Source of the DNA: Candidatus Saccharimonadota bacterium
GTDB taxonomy: Bacteria; Patescibacteriota; Saccharimonadia; Saccharimonadales; DTSZ01
Reading direction: 5' to 3'
Assembly (NCBI GenBank): GCA_012965045.1
Contig: DTSZ01000001.1
Location: forward strand, 503,763 to 567,762
DNA: 64,000 nucleotides
A program made the position numbers and the translations under genes. Below the pieces are notes generated by a model. It made no database searches and had not been told where the DNA came from. It saw nothing but the letters and a program-made list of their open reading frames with translations. Below are positions 1-9,704 of this stretch, piece after piece. Within the stretch, counting starts at the first letter, position 1. Every line of letters begins with the position of its first letter.

Positions 1-3000
1 CCCGATCCAACTGTATCGAATTCAATGCCTCCTATATTACTGGCTCCTCCCGTTTTATTACCATCTATCTTAAGATCACGAACAGTAATATCACTGTTAC
101 CGCTAACTTGGTCGGAGTTTTCGATTATATTAAATCCGCTTGCGCTATTTCCGACTGTGATCACACTTCCAGTGCCTACTCCTGAAAGAGTAGTGTTGGA
201 AGGTACCGCGATTTGAGCATCAACGTCATAGGTACCAGCAAGTAGAAGAACCTTACCGCCACTTGCTGCAGTTAAGGCCGAATTAATTTCGTCTTCGTCA
301 CTGGTTCCGTCAGCTACGTAGTCAGCTGCATCTTTTTCGGCTTGGGTAGAGTCATTAGCGGCAACTATGGTGTATTCACCACTGTCTGCTTTCCATTTAC
401 CGTTAGCGTAAGTTAGTAGTTTGTCTGTTGTAGTGTCGAAGTAAACCATACCTTCGGTTGGGCTGGCTGGGCGAGATGCGGTGTTACCGCCGGTAATGGT
501 AAGACTATTGCCGGCACCAAGCACAACGTCGCCGTTGAAAGTACTTGTTCCACCGTCAGCTACTGTTAGCACTGCACTACCACCGTCTTGGACAATGAAT
601 GAACCTGTTCCAGTAATGTCTACAGTAAAGTTAGTTGCTTCACTAACAGTAAGGTCAATGTCTCCACCAGCATCGTCAGCCACAATGGTGTTGCCGCCGT
701 CGTAAGCTACTTGCAGAGTAACAGTAGAGGCAGTTAGGAAGGTAGAGTTACAACTTGCCAGTTGACCAGAGCTGTTTCGACACACCACTGCGTCGTTGTC
801 GGCTGCGGCTGCAGTGTAGCTTACTGTTCCGTTAACAGTAAGTGCACTGTTGGCTAGTTGTAATAGATCAGTATCGGCAGCGATTCCAATGTCGCCACCT
901 TCTACTTCTAGGTTGCCACTGAGTGCGGTAATTGCAGCAGTAATGTCTATTGTGCCGTTAGTGCTATTACTAATGACTTCGTCGTTTTCGAGAGTGATGT
1001 CTCCACCTTGAACGTCAAGTGCACCGGTGATGTCTACGTTCGCACCGAGGGTAATGTCGCCAGCTGGTTGGATTAGGTAGTCGCCGGTGGTTTGGTCTTG
1101 TATTTGACCGCCATAAATGGTGCCGGTGCCGCTATCGTTGATAGTCCAATCGTCGTCACCGTCACTATCCGAAACGTAGTTATCGGCAATGTAGTTGTTG
1201 TCTGAGCTAGCATTAAAAATATTAATGCCATAACAGTCAGTGTTACATTCAGTGTCTAATACACGGTTGCTAGTAATCTGGTTATTATCAGAGTTATTAA
1301 TATAGATTGCATTAAATCTGCTAGCTCCGCCGCTTACATTCGAAAGGTTGCCGGTGATGACGTTTGAATCACTGGTGTCGAGACGTATTGCTTCGTTTGT
1401 AGAGCTGTAAATACTGTTTCCAGATATAACGTTGAAGTCGTTGCTGCCAGCAAGATACATTCCACGGTTGCTACCATCTACGGTGTTGCTGCTGACGCTG
1501 TTGTTTTCTGAAGATGAGAAGTAGAGTCCATTACCCGTTACGTTTAACACCGTGTTGCCTGTGATAGTGTTGCTATCTGCATTAGCAAAATGCATTCCGT
1601 CTGTACTGTCAGCTACAGTGTTACCAGTAATAGTGTTGTTGTCAGAAGCAACGTAGAAACCTCGACTGCCACCTTCGGCATAGTTATCGGTAAAGGTGTT
1701 GCTTGTACTTGTAACAGTAACCGTATATTGGTACGTAGTGTTGTTTATAGAGGCGTTGTTCGTTATAGAGTTACTCACACTAGTGCTCGTTAGCGTAATA
1801 CCTTCAGCGTTATTAATAACTGTACTGCCCGACACACGACTGTTGTCGCTCGCAACAAGTTGGATACCGTTGTTCCTAAAGTCTTGTACGTGCACGTTAC
1901 TAATATTTGCCCCCAAACGACTACTAGCAAGATCTCCTACTCCGTTAAAATAAATACCACGTTGCGTCCCCACCGTATTCAAATCATCACGGCCATCGAG
2001 CTTTAGGTCACGGATAGTTACGCCAGTACCAGTTGTAGTGTCGCTGTTTTCAATTAGGTTGTCGGTGGCGTCTATGTCAGCTAGCTCAATGACTGTTCCA
2101 TTACCAACACCAGCCAAAGTAGTGTTGTTAGGTATAAGGATGGTTCCATCAGCTACGTAGGTACCAGCAAGTAGAAGAACCTTACCGCCACTTGCTGCAG
2201 TTAAGGCCGAATTAATTTCGTCTTCGTCACTGGTTCCGTCAGCTACGTAGTCAGCTGCATCTTTTTCGGCTTGGGTAGAGTCATTAGCGGCAACTATGGT
2301 GTATTCACCACTGTCTGCTTTCCATTTACCGTTAGCGTAAGTTAGTAGTTTGTCTGTTGTAGTGTCGAAGTAAACCATACCTTCGGTTGGGCTGGCTGGG
2401 CGAGATGCGGTGTTACCGCCGGTAATGGTAAGACTATTGCCGGCACCAAGCACAACGTCGCCGTTGAAAGTACTTGTTCCACCGTCAGCTACTGTTAGCA
2501 CTGCACTACCACCGTCTTGGACAATGAATGAACCTGTTCCAGTAATGTCTACAGTAAAGTTAGTTGCTTCACTAACAGTAAGGTCAATGTCTCCACCAGC
2601 ATCGTCAGCCACAATGGTGTTGCCGCCGTCGTAAGCACCCTGAAGGTTAAAGTTGGCAGTGCTTAGGAATGTAGAACTACAAGCCGCGAGTTGGTTAGAT
2701 GTGTTTCTACAGACCACGGAGTCGTTGTCGGCAGCGGCAAGAGTTGCTACCTGAACTGTGTCATTAAGGATAATTTCACCAGTACCATTAGCGACCACCG
2801 TTAGGTTCTCGTCGGTACCTGTAGTTATGTCCGTAACAACACCACTAATAGTCAATGAACCAGTGTCGAGTGTAAGGCTGTCTGCAGTCAGAGCATCTTG
2901 TATATCCACGTTGCCACCTGAGCTGTTGATAGTAAGATCTCCGTCGCTTGCGGTTGTAAGATCTGTGTAGTTGGCGGCTGAACCATCTGCGTCATTGTAA

Positions 3001-4616
3001 GTAAGACGCAAGTTACTGCCTGTAGCTGAATTTATTTCGACTTGGCTATCTGGGCCGTTAGTACCTATACCGACGCTTCCGCCGCCATCAATGACCAGCA
3101 CATCTGTAGTATCGGTTTGGTTGTAGACTCTAAATTTGCCGTTATTGTTTCCAAGCCTATACTCATCTCCTGCGGTGTCGGTAAATCTAATTTCTGGAAC
3201 GGTGCCAGAAAGATGAAGTAATTGCTGTGGGCTGGACGTCCCAATCCCTATCCTCTCATTAGTTGTATCTACATTTAAGATCGGTGTGCCGCCATCGGCA
3301 TCCAAGAACTGATAAGCCGTAGTTGAATCCGTTCCGTTCTGGAGCGTAAAGTTGTTGCCAGCGAAAGTCTTCGCCCCAGCAAAGGTTTGGGTGCCGGTTG
3401 AGACGAGTCCGGGGTAGGTTGCATCAGCCGTTTGCAGGAATAGTTCGTTCGCAGAAATAACGCCACCATTGGCATTCTTAGAAGCGCCATTTAAGGTACC
3501 AACTGCAGTAGCACCACTGCCCGCACCGTCAATGTTTGTGCCAACCCACACAGTTCCGTTCCAAATAAATGCTTGGCTGCGTTGACTGTTTATTGTTACG
3601 CCGTACATAGCAAAGCTTTCGGTACCGACGTTGTTAACATACACAACGCGACCACCTGTTGTGACGGTTGGATCTGGCAATGTTAGCGTTTGACCAGATG
3701 TAGTCTGATTAACATTTAGCGTACTGGCAATATCTACTGAATTTGCAGCCGTTTCTACATCGCCGCCACCGCTTACGTCGCTAATTGTGATCGCCGTAAA
3801 TAAGCTACTGCCAGCGTTGGTGAATTGGTTGCCTGCAGTTACCGACAGGTCGCCGTCAAACGTCGAATTACCAGTAACCGTTAGTACGCCCGCATTCGTA
3901 AGAGTAAGAATATCGCTACCGCCATTTTGCAGCTGAAGTAAATTACCAGTGTTAGTTTTGTTAATAAATATGCTGCTATTCGTAGTGTTGTCAGTTTGTG
4001 CGCTGCCTTGAGCCAGTTGAACGAAGTCTGTTGAATCTAAGTTGTCTAGCGTATCAGCGTTATCAGCTTGGAAGGCATACGGGCTAGCAGAGAATCTCAT
4101 GAATGGATCCATTTCGCCGTCGTAGCTGGCAGCACCACCACTGCCACCAATGTCGACAGTCAGCCACAAAGTATCTTCGGTGAAGTCGACGCCAGACAGT
4201 GACGTTAGTGATCCAAGTTGTACCGTAAAGTAACCATTTTCTACCCGAACAAGATTTCCGGTAGAGTGAGCCTCTGTCCATTCCAGTGTTTCATCGCCGC
4301 CGCCAAGATTACCGTCGCCGCCAGAATAGATTCTAAATCGAATGTGATAGTCGCCATCAGGAACAATTCCCTGCGCAGAGTTGCGTAAGCGACCCTGGAA
4401 GGTGAATTGTTCGTTAATGGCAGTTGCGGAGTGAGGGGCTAGTGCTACGAGAGCAGTCATTACAGAAAGAGCAACCAAAAGCACCCCTACACTGCCCAGG
4501 TAGCGGGCGCTTGCTACTGAGCAGTGTATGAATGCCTTAGTTTCTGAAAACGCAAAAACACTACCTTTAACCAAGGTAGTTAATGCATGTGCTAGTGATG
4601 AGAAAATTGTTCTCAT
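1..4616 (-). CDS. Giant secreted/surface protein, N-terminal >=1538 aa (3' end beyond left edge). Tail-fibre-like N-domain plus repeated Pectate_lyase_3/PbH1-type parallel beta-helix modules
   Basis: Absent from the supplied track because it has no stop inside the window. My hand translation of the reverse complement from ATG 4616 (GAGG just upstream) stays open to position 3. It starts MRTIFSSLAHALTT...VGVLLVALSVMTALVALAPHSATA (hydrophobic anchor/signal), then FTFQGRLRNSAQGIVPDGDYHIRFRIYSGG. ADGTSDEDEINSALTAASGGKVLLLAGTY follows, then beta-helix turns NNTITGNTVADS, SNTITGNTVLNV, NNSVSSNTVDGS, FNVISGNSIYSS, SNVITGNLSNV, NNQITSNRVLD. No track ORF occupies this minus frame. Confidence 0.8.
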   Translation of the reverse strand, partial: MRTIFSSLAHALTTLVKGSVFAFSETKAFIHCSVASARYLGSVGVLLVALSVMTALVALAPHSATAINEQFTFQGRLRNSAQGIVPDGDYHIRFRIYSGGDGNLGGGDETLEWTEAHSTGNLVRVENGYFTVQLGSLTSLSGVDFTEDTLWLTVDIGGSGGAASYDGEMDPFMRFSASPYAFQADNADTLDNLDSTDFVQLAQGSAQTDNTTNSSIFINKTNTGNLLQLQNGGSDILTLTNAGVLTVTGNSTFDGDLSVTAGNQFTNAGSSLFTAITISDVSGGGDVETAANSVDIASTLNVNQTTSGQTLTLPDPTVTTGGRVVYVNNVGTESFAMYGVTINSQRSQAFIWNGTVWVGTNIDGAGSGATAVGTLNGASKNANGGVISANELFLQTADATYPGLVSTGTQTFAGAKTFAGNNFTLQNGTDSTTAYQFLDADGGTPILNVDTTNERIGIGTSSPQQLLHLSGTVPEIRFTDTAGDEYRLGNNNGKFRVYNQTDTTDVLVIDGGGSVGIGTNGPDSQVEINSATGSNLRLTYNDADGSAANYTDLTTASDGDLTINSSGGNVDIQDALTADSLTLDTGSLTISGVVTDITTGTDENLTVVANGTGEIILNDTVQVATLAAADNDSVVCRNTSNQLAACSSTFLSTANFNLQGAYDGGNTIVADDAGGDIDLTVSEATNFTVDITGTGSFIVQDGGSAVLTVADGGTSTFNGDVVLGAGNSLTITGGNTASRPASPTEGMVYFDTTTDKLLTYANGKWKADSGEYTIVAANDSTQAEKDAADYVADGTSDEDEINSALTAASGGKVLLLAGTYVADGTILIPNNTTLAGVGNGTVIELADIDATDNLIENSDTTTGTGVTIRDLKLDGRDDLNTVGTQRGIYFNGVGDLASSRLGANISNVHVQDFRNNGIQLVASDNSRVSGSTVINNAEGITLTSTSVSNSITNNASINNTTYQYTVTVTSTSNTFTDNYAEGGSRGFYVASDNNTITGNTVADSTDGMHFANADSNTITGNTVLNVTGNGLYFSSSENNSVSSNTVDGSNRGMYLAGSNDFNVISGNSIYSSTNEAIRLDTSDSNVITGNLSNVSGGASRFNAIYINNSDNNQITSNRVLDTECNTDCYGINIFNASSDNNYIADNYVSDSDGDDDWTINDSGTGTIYGGQIQDQTTGDYLIQPAGDITLGANVDITGALDVQGGDITLENDEVISNSTNGTIDITAAITALSGNLEVEGGDIGIAADTDLLQLANSALTVNGTVSYTAAAADNDAVVCRNSSGQLASCNSTFLTASTVTLQVAYDGGNTIVADDAGGDIDLTVSEATNFTVDITGTGSFIVQDGGSAVLTVADGGTSTFNGDVVLGAGNSLTITGGNTASRPASPTEGMVYFDTTTDKLLTYANGKWKADSGEYTIVAANDSTQAEKDAADYVADGTSDEDEINSALTAASGGKVLLLAGTYDVDAQIAVPSNTTLSGVGTGSVITVGNSASGFNIIENSDQVSGNSDITVRDLKIDGNKTGGASNIGGIEFDTVGS
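229..707 (-). repeat. Intragenic repeat copy 1 (479 bp, identical to 2158-2636)
   Basis: Line-by-line comparison at an offset of 1929 bp. The shadow ORFs 481..705 and 2410..2634 give identical peptides. Flanks on both sides are homologous but clearly diverged. Confidence 0.85.
2158..2636 (-). repeat. Intragenic repeat copy 2 (479 bp, identical to 229-707)
   Basis: Same evidence as copy 1. Encodes ...LQxAYDGGNTIVADDAGGDIDLTVSEATNFTVDITGTGSFIVQDGG...RPASPTEGMVYFDTTTDKLLTYANGKWKADSGEYTIVAANDSTQAEKDAADYVADGTSDEDEINSALTAASGGKVLLLAGTY. Confidence 0.85.
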
Positions 4617-4675
4617 TAACCTCTTTTTACAAAAGACAGGTCAAATGAGAGCGCCCAAGGTATTATCTAAAATCT

Positions 4676-4715
4676 AAAAAAGACTACTTGGCTGGCAATA
4701 GCCAACCTCATAGTC
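4676..4715 (-). terminator. Rho-independent terminator after the PKD-protein gene and upstream of the giant gene
   Basis: On the minus strand: GACTA-TGAGG-TTGGCT-ATTGCC-AGCCAA-G-TAGTC followed by TTTTTT. Inner stem is 6 bp and outer stem is 5 bp. Confidence 0.6.
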
Positions 4716-4967
4716 TTTCCCCGAAATGATAACTCATGCGCGCCCTGCATGTGATACCTACTTTTTCTCTTTTTATTTTACTCCGCCTCAATCCGTAAAC
4801 TTTTTTTAGATTTTTGTTTATATCTTTATAAGTTTTTTATTTGGATATAAGGATGACATTATTTAAGCATATTCACTTTGGTAAAGCAATGACTTTATGC
4901 TTACTTTTCCACAGTTTGAATTTATATAGATCAAATGATTGATATCAACTTACTATAATAGTTACTT

Positions 4968-5945
4968 CTAAGCGTGTGACTGCTTGAATCCGCGGCTGCC
5001 GATTAGGTTGCCGCCATGACGTTGTTTGTGCTTGTCTGACCAGCGCTGGAAGGATCTACCGATAACAAACGCTACGAACACGCAGACGACAAGCGCGTAG
5101 ATTGGCCACAAGACGTACTGGTCACGTACCACAACATTGGCATTCGGGTCGGCCTCTTGGGTTATGCCACCTACTGCAGGGCCGTTAACAATAGTTAAAA
5201 CCTGCACAAAAGCCAATCGTCCATCTGCATCTGTCGCCTTTACAGTTACAGAATACGTGCCGGACTGATCATAGACATGAGTTGGATTGAATTCACCGCT
5301 ATCATCTAAGCTCAACAGGGTATCCTCGCTTCCGTCGCCCCAATCGATTGATATAGCGTACGGGGCAACACCGCCGCTTACTGATAACGGCCAGGTAATT
5401 TCGTCGCCGGGGTTTACACCCCGCGCACCAAAGTTAGATGTAATGACAAACGGCGATATAGTAGCGATATTTTGCCCGACATCAACACCACCATCTTGCG
5501 GTTGGTAGTTGACTATAACCGGAGCAGAATCTGGCCCCTGTTGGTTAAGAGCATCAAAGGTGCTGGCAATTATGGTATTTAATCCTGGCAGTAAGTCGAT
5601 TTGTAACTGGAAGGTACCATCTTCCAGACAAAGCACTGACCCAGCAAAGGCACCGTTACGACTGATTTGAATAATAGTCCCCGGTACACATTCACCACGA
5701 ACAGCTGTAGGAGTGGAGACAAGTACTTCTTGTTGAGAAGGTACATCAATAACTGCTGGAATATCTGGCGGCGGCCCTGGCACGGTGCCTGTTAAACCAA
5801 CTGATCCGCTTTGAGGATTTTCAACTGTCTGCGCGTTGACATTAGTGAGCGGAATAATAAAAACCCCGACAAACACTAATAGCACGAGTAGCATGTGAGC
5901 TAGCTCGTGCCATAGTTTTGTGTGTTTAGTGTATTCGTGTTGCAT
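4968..5945 (-). CDS. Membrane-anchored PKD-domain surface protein
   Basis: Track ORF of 325 aa. N-terminal hydrophobic segment MLLVLLVFVGVFIIPL, PKD-like module ISIDWGDGSEDT...HVYDQSGTYSVTVKATDADG, C-terminal TM (WPIYALVVCVFVAFVIG) plus a basic tail. Confidence 0.7.
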   Translation of the reverse strand: MQHEYTKHTKLWHELAHMLLVLLVFVGVFIIPLTNVNAQTVENPQSGSVGLTGTVPGPPPDIPAVIDVPSQQEVLVSTPTAVRGECVPGTIIQISRNGAFAGSVLCLEDGTFQLQIDLLPGLNTIIASTFDALNQQGPDSAPVIVNYQPQDGGVDVGQNIATISPFVITSNFGARGVNPGDEITWPLSVSGGVAPYAISIDWGDGSEDTLLSLDDSGEFNPTHVYDQSGTYSVTVKATDADGRLAFVQVLTIVNGPAVGGITQEADPNANVVVRDQYVLWPIYALVVCVFVAFVIGRSFQRWSDKHKQRHGGNLIGSRGFKQSHA

Positions 5946-5994
5946 TTTTGTTTATACGCTTATGCTATACAGCATACCACACTAGTAAAGTTGC

Positions 5995-6987
5995 TTAGAA
6001 TCGTCGTGATTTGTTTTGGACTTTTTTAGCATATGACTTAAGGAATAGTCGGCCGCCACCAATAATCACAATCAAACCACCGACAACACCAAGGATAATC
6101 GGCCACGGTAACACCCAAAAGGTTTCATTGACTGCAATAATATCACCACCATCACCATACGATAGGTTGCCCGCTATGGTATAGCGACCAAATTGATATT
6201 TTTCTGACAAATCATTTTCGAACCGACGAATACTGTCTGGCAGGGCAAAGCCGCGCCGAGTGTTGTCGCTATTAAACTCTACTACCTCTTTGACGTTGCC
6301 GACAAAGTTAGAAACTTCAATCCTACCAAACGGAGCTGCGTGAGTGTTACCATTATTTTGAATACGAGCAACAATTTGATCTGGGCTTGCTGTAAAGAAC
6401 GATCCCAATTCTCCATCTTTAGCTGCACCGATTTCTAGTAGACTCAGGTTCTCTACCTCTTCGCCTGCTACGTTTAGAAGAACGATAGTACCAACACTTG
6501 CTGCAAGTGTTACATCTTGATCTGGGTCTGCTTCATTGGCAGCTGTAAATCTTACAATTCCATAATGTCCGCCAGGTGTAGCGTTAGTTGGTACATCCAA
6601 GGTGACTGGGATATCTATAGTCTCGTCTGGTTGTAGCGTAAAGCTGTCAATTGGCTGGAAGTATGTTCTAATACCAAACTCATTTGGTTCTGTTGATTCC
6701 TTAACGATAATTTGCGGCGTACCACTCTCATCTTCTGATGGTAAGAAGTCATTAAAGTTAACCACTACCGTTAATGGGTTGGCTGTGACATTTTTAACTG
6801 TAATAGGGTTCTGGAGTGTTATCCTCTGCCCTGGCTCGGCTTCCGCCTCCTCGACAAGTGTCGACAGCGCAAGACCATTCCCTTGACTGTTCTGTCCGTT
6901 TGCTAAAGATGTAAATCCGAAAATACTTACTGTTGCTATCACTACCATCAACATCATTTTCTGTAGCACAGATAGACGTGAAACCAT
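5995..6987 (-). CDS. DUF916/DUF3324-like (CscA-like) cell-surface protein with C-terminal TM anchor
   Basis: 330 aa with a signal peptide. Two Ig-like halves carry PGGHYGIVRF and QFGRYTIAGNL motifs at the positions typical of DUF916/DUF3324. A single C-terminal TM (WPIILGVVGGLIVIIGGG) is followed by a basic tail KKVQNKSRRF. Assignment rests on remembered family architecture, not a search. Confidence 0.6.
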   Translation of the reverse strand: MVSRLSVLQKMMLMVVIATVSIFGFTSLANGQNSQGNGLALSTLVEEAEAEPGQRITLQNPITVKNVTANPLTVVVNFNDFLPSEDESGTPQIIVKESTEPNEFGIRTYFQPIDSFTLQPDETIDIPVTLDVPTNATPGGHYGIVRFTAANEADPDQDVTLAASVGTIVLLNVAGEEVENLSLLEIGAAKDGELGSFFTASPDQIVARIQNNGNTHAAPFGRIEVSNFVGNVKEVVEFNSDNTRRGFALPDSIRRFENDLSEKYQFGRYTIAGNLSYGDGGDIIAVNETFWVLPWPIILGVVGGLIVIIGGGRLFLKSYAKKVQNKSRRF

Positions 6988-7073
6988 TTTTCCTCCATTT
7001 TATTTATCAACTTCTGATAACTATAGCTAAACTACTTACGCTAAGCAAGAATATCAATTAATAACAGTTGGTT

Positions 7074-8174
7074 TTAAAACGTGGCCGTAGCTACATATGT
7101 AAGCGTTGTTGAATATATACCCTTTGGCTGGTTTTCGGGAATATTAACAATGTAGCTGGCTGTGAAGGTTTTTCTGTCGCTTGGGATTGGGCTGACAGCA
7201 ACAGTATCACCAGATATGAACTTATATACATTGGGTGTGTTGTAGTTACTGGCAACAGTTGCCGTACCCGGGCCAGCTGGCTCTAAACCAACGACTGGTT
7301 GTGTGTTTGCGCGAAGGTTGAGCCCAAACTGCTTCGTGCCTGTTTGACTTGCCGTCGGGGACGCCATGTTTGTAATTGTATTATTTCCAGATGTCATTGT
7401 AGTGCCAAGGACAGAAACTGCATACCCAAACTCGGCATTGGTATAGGCTAAGAATTTTGAAGTGCCAGTTTTTGTGGTGTTACTTGATAACTCACCAAAA
7501 CTCAGCTGAAATCCTGTAGCGGTACCACAATCATTGGCTAGGATTGTCGTACCAACACAAAATGTCAAAAACGGCGGAACATACGCTTGAATGTTAAAGC
7601 GAGTATTAAGCGCGAAAGCTAATCCACCTTGGTCAACCACATTACCGGTGATGCGACCATCAGTACTATCATAGGTCCGTATTCGAACATAATGAGATCC
7701 CGCTGTATCTGGATTTATCAAGTTCCCAAAATCGAAACTGGTCGTTGCGACGGTCGTATTTTGGGCGGCTACTCTATTTACAACAATGTAGTTGTTGTCA
7801 GTATATGTACCGTTATACGTACTCGGGTGAACCACAAAACTATCAGCTATAGGCTGGTCTGCCTCGCCTGATTGGTCGTCTATTGAAGCATTAGTCACAT
7901 CGATACCGCTCGGCGCAGTACAAGGTTCTGAAGGTATTGGACTGTTTGAGCAATATTCAAATTCAATTGATCCTACATTCCCCCCAAGTTCAAGGTCGAA
8001 CGTATAATCGTGGTTTACAGCTAGCTGGCTCGGCGTCGATGAAGATAGCTCTATGGATCGATCACCAATATCAGCCGCTGTGACATGTTTTGCGAAATAC
8101 GGAAACGGCACACTTGAAATCAAGAGTGCCGTTATTCCGATACTTGCTAGTGTTTGTGCAAGTCTATGTCGCAT
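7074..8174 (-). CDS. Secreted surface protein, paralog family (CSNSPIPS motif, C-terminus ...TLTYVATATF)
   Basis: 366 aa with a signal peptide. Shares RSI-x-LS...EFEYCSNSPIPSEPCTAPSGIDV with the two 450-aa paralogs and FGLNLRANT with the 248-aa protein. Ends in an aromatic residue. Confidence 0.7.
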   Translation of the reverse strand: MRHRLAQTLASIGITALLISSVPFPYFAKHVTAADIGDRSIELSSSTPSQLAVNHDYTFDLELGGNVGSIEFEYCSNSPIPSEPCTAPSGIDVTNASIDDQSGEADQPIADSFVVHPSTYNGTYTDNNYIVVNRVAAQNTTVATTSFDFGNLINPDTAGSHYVRIRTYDSTDGRITGNVVDQGGLAFALNTRFNIQAYVPPFLTFCVGTTILANDCGTATGFQLSFGELSSNTTKTGTSKFLAYTNAEFGYAVSVLGTTMTSGNNTITNMASPTASQTGTKQFGLNLRANTQPVVGLEPAGPGTATVASNYNTPNVYKFISGDTVAVSPIPSDRKTFTASYIVNIPENQPKGIYSTTLTYVATATF

Positions 8175-8186
8175 TACTATTCAATC

Positions 8187-9536
8187 TTAGAAGCTTGAAG
8201 TAGCTATGTAAACAATTGAGGTGTTATACACACCAGTAGGTGTTGTAATTGCAGCCGTACCACCAAAGTCAATTACTAACATTTCGTCGTCTAACACTGT
8301 AGAGCTTGAAGCAATTGTGTCAGCTGTTAGGTCGTTAGCAACGAATGTGTATTGAGCAGGTGTATCGTATTCTGCGTCTTCAGCTAGGTTCGAAGTCGTA
8401 CCGTTGGTTACGTCAATTGATGAAATTGTCATACCAAAGTTTTCAGTACCAGCTACGATCGCTGCTTCTGTAGCACCAACTGCGTTAATACAGCCGTTCA
8501 CTTGCGAGGCGGCGCCGTCAGTACAGTCTGCACCATTCTTAGAAAGGTAGCCGTCGTTGGTGTCGTTTGCACCACCAACACCACCACCGCCGTCGTCGTT
8601 GACGTCTTGGCCAGCGTCGGCGAAGTAGCTAATAGTTGCACCATTAGCAGCGTTGGTTCTAATCATGGCATAGGCGTTACTGTCTTCGGCTGAAGCAGTG
8701 TTAACGCTTGTTGAATCTAAGACACCCATGTCAATGTCATTGCCGCTTATGTCATCACAGTCGTTTGTGGTCGCTGCGTCAGTATCACCGACACAGAACT
8801 CTAAGACTTCCTGAACTCGAGCTGTAATAGTTAGCGTGTCAACAGTACTCATTGCGATACCGCCGTCATCTTCGTAAGAAGACGTTAAGTCTTGTGCATC
8901 AGCATCATTGTCTGCGTACAAACGAGCATAGAATGAACCAAAGTTGTTGGCACCAGCGGTGTCACTTGGGTTAATAATGTCCGCAGTTGCATCAACAGGA
9001 GAAAGAGTTATACGTACATATCGTTCAGTTGAATAGTTTGCACTTGTTGAATGTTCAATTACAAGCGTTGTTCCGTCTGATCGAAGCGTGTCAGTTATAG
9101 CTTCTTCATCAAAACTCCAGTCAGCAGAGACATCAGTTGGAGATGCAAAACCAGAGTTGTCGTCCGTTTCAACAGTTAGGGTGACGTTGTCTGACACATC
9201 ACCGTCGTTGTCGGTGTCAAAGTCCGGTACATCTAAACCTTCGGTAGCAGTACAAGCGTCAGATGGAATTGGACTGTTAGAACAGAACTCAAGCGTATAT
9301 CCTTCAAAGTCAGCCACGGTCGTTGTGTCGCCCGGGTTGAAGTAAAACTCGTGAGTATAGGTAACTCCAACCGCACTAACGCGGCTATCTGAGATCGCGA
9401 TAGATCGTTGGTCTAATTGCGCTGCGTCAACGCGTTGAGCGCTGAGCATAAATGGTGCGAAGCTAGCAAAAACTAATGCAGCTATCTGCAACCACGCAGC
9501 AACAGACGAATTTAAATTAATATTGAAGTGTTTCAT
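8187..9536 (-). CDS. Secreted acidic surface protein, tandem duplicate copy 1 (C-terminus ...SIVYIATSSF)
   Basis: The track ORF starts at 9545 (MSVMKHF...). ATG 9536 (MKHFNINL) matches the start of copy 2. Signal peptide, EFCSNSPIPSDACTATEGLDV motif, very Asp/Thr/Ser-rich. Confidence 0.75.
   Translation of the reverse strand: MKHFNINLNSSVAAWLQIAALVFASFAPFMLSAQRVDAAQLDQRSIAISDSRVSAVGVTYTHEFYFNPGDTTTVADFEGYTLEFCSNSPIPSDACTATEGLDVPDFDTDNDGDVSDNVTLTVETDDNSGFASPTDVSADWSFDEEAITDTLRSDGTTLVIEHSTSANYSTERYVRITLSPVDATADIINPSDTAGANNFGSFYARLYADNDADAQDLTSSYEDDGGIAMSTVDTLTITARVQEVLEFCVGDTDAATTNDCDDISGNDIDMGVLDSTSVNTASAEDSNAYAMIRTNAANGATISYFADAGQDVNDDGGGGVGGANDTNDGYLSKNGADCTDGAASQVNGCINAVGATEAAIVAGTENFGMTISSIDVTNGTTSNLAEDAEYDTPAQYTFVANDLTADTIASSSTVLDDEMLVIDFGGTAAITTPTGVYNTSIVYIATSSF
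8254..9536 (-). repeat. Tandem duplication block, copy 1 (1283 bp, identical to 9772-11054)
   Basis: Offset 1518 bp. The encoded proteins are identical from MKHF to ...IDFGGTA. Shadow ORFs 8502..8693/10020..10211 and 9088..9345/10606..10863 are identical. Confidence 0.85.
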
Positions 9537-9646
9537 GACAGACATGTCTCCTTATTTGTTTTTGTTTTAGCTAGGGTACTATCTAATTTAACACAAGCAT
9601 TTCACTAATAACAACTATTTATCCACAGGTACAGTAGTGAAACAGA

Positions 9647-9673
9647 AAGAACGACCAGGTCTTGGTCGTTCTT
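9647..9673 (-). terminator. Hairpin terminator between the two duplicated genes
   Basis: On the minus strand: AAGAACGACCA-AGACC-TGGTCGTTCTT (11-bp perfect stem) followed by T-rich TCTGTTTC. Confidence 0.5.
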
Positions 9674-9704
9674 GTATCCGTTAGATGGAGGTGGATATTG
9701 AAAG

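Noticed and set aside
25-4281. Track ORFs inside the first 4.6 kb: 25..216, 481..705, 1590..1793, 1696..1953, 2410..2634, 2758..2970 (+) and 3275..3490, 4084..4281 (-)
   Set aside because: All are short and low-complexity (Pro/Ser/Val/Thr-rich). Each is antisense or out of frame relative to the continuous minus-strand frame of the giant gene, so they are shadow ORFs.
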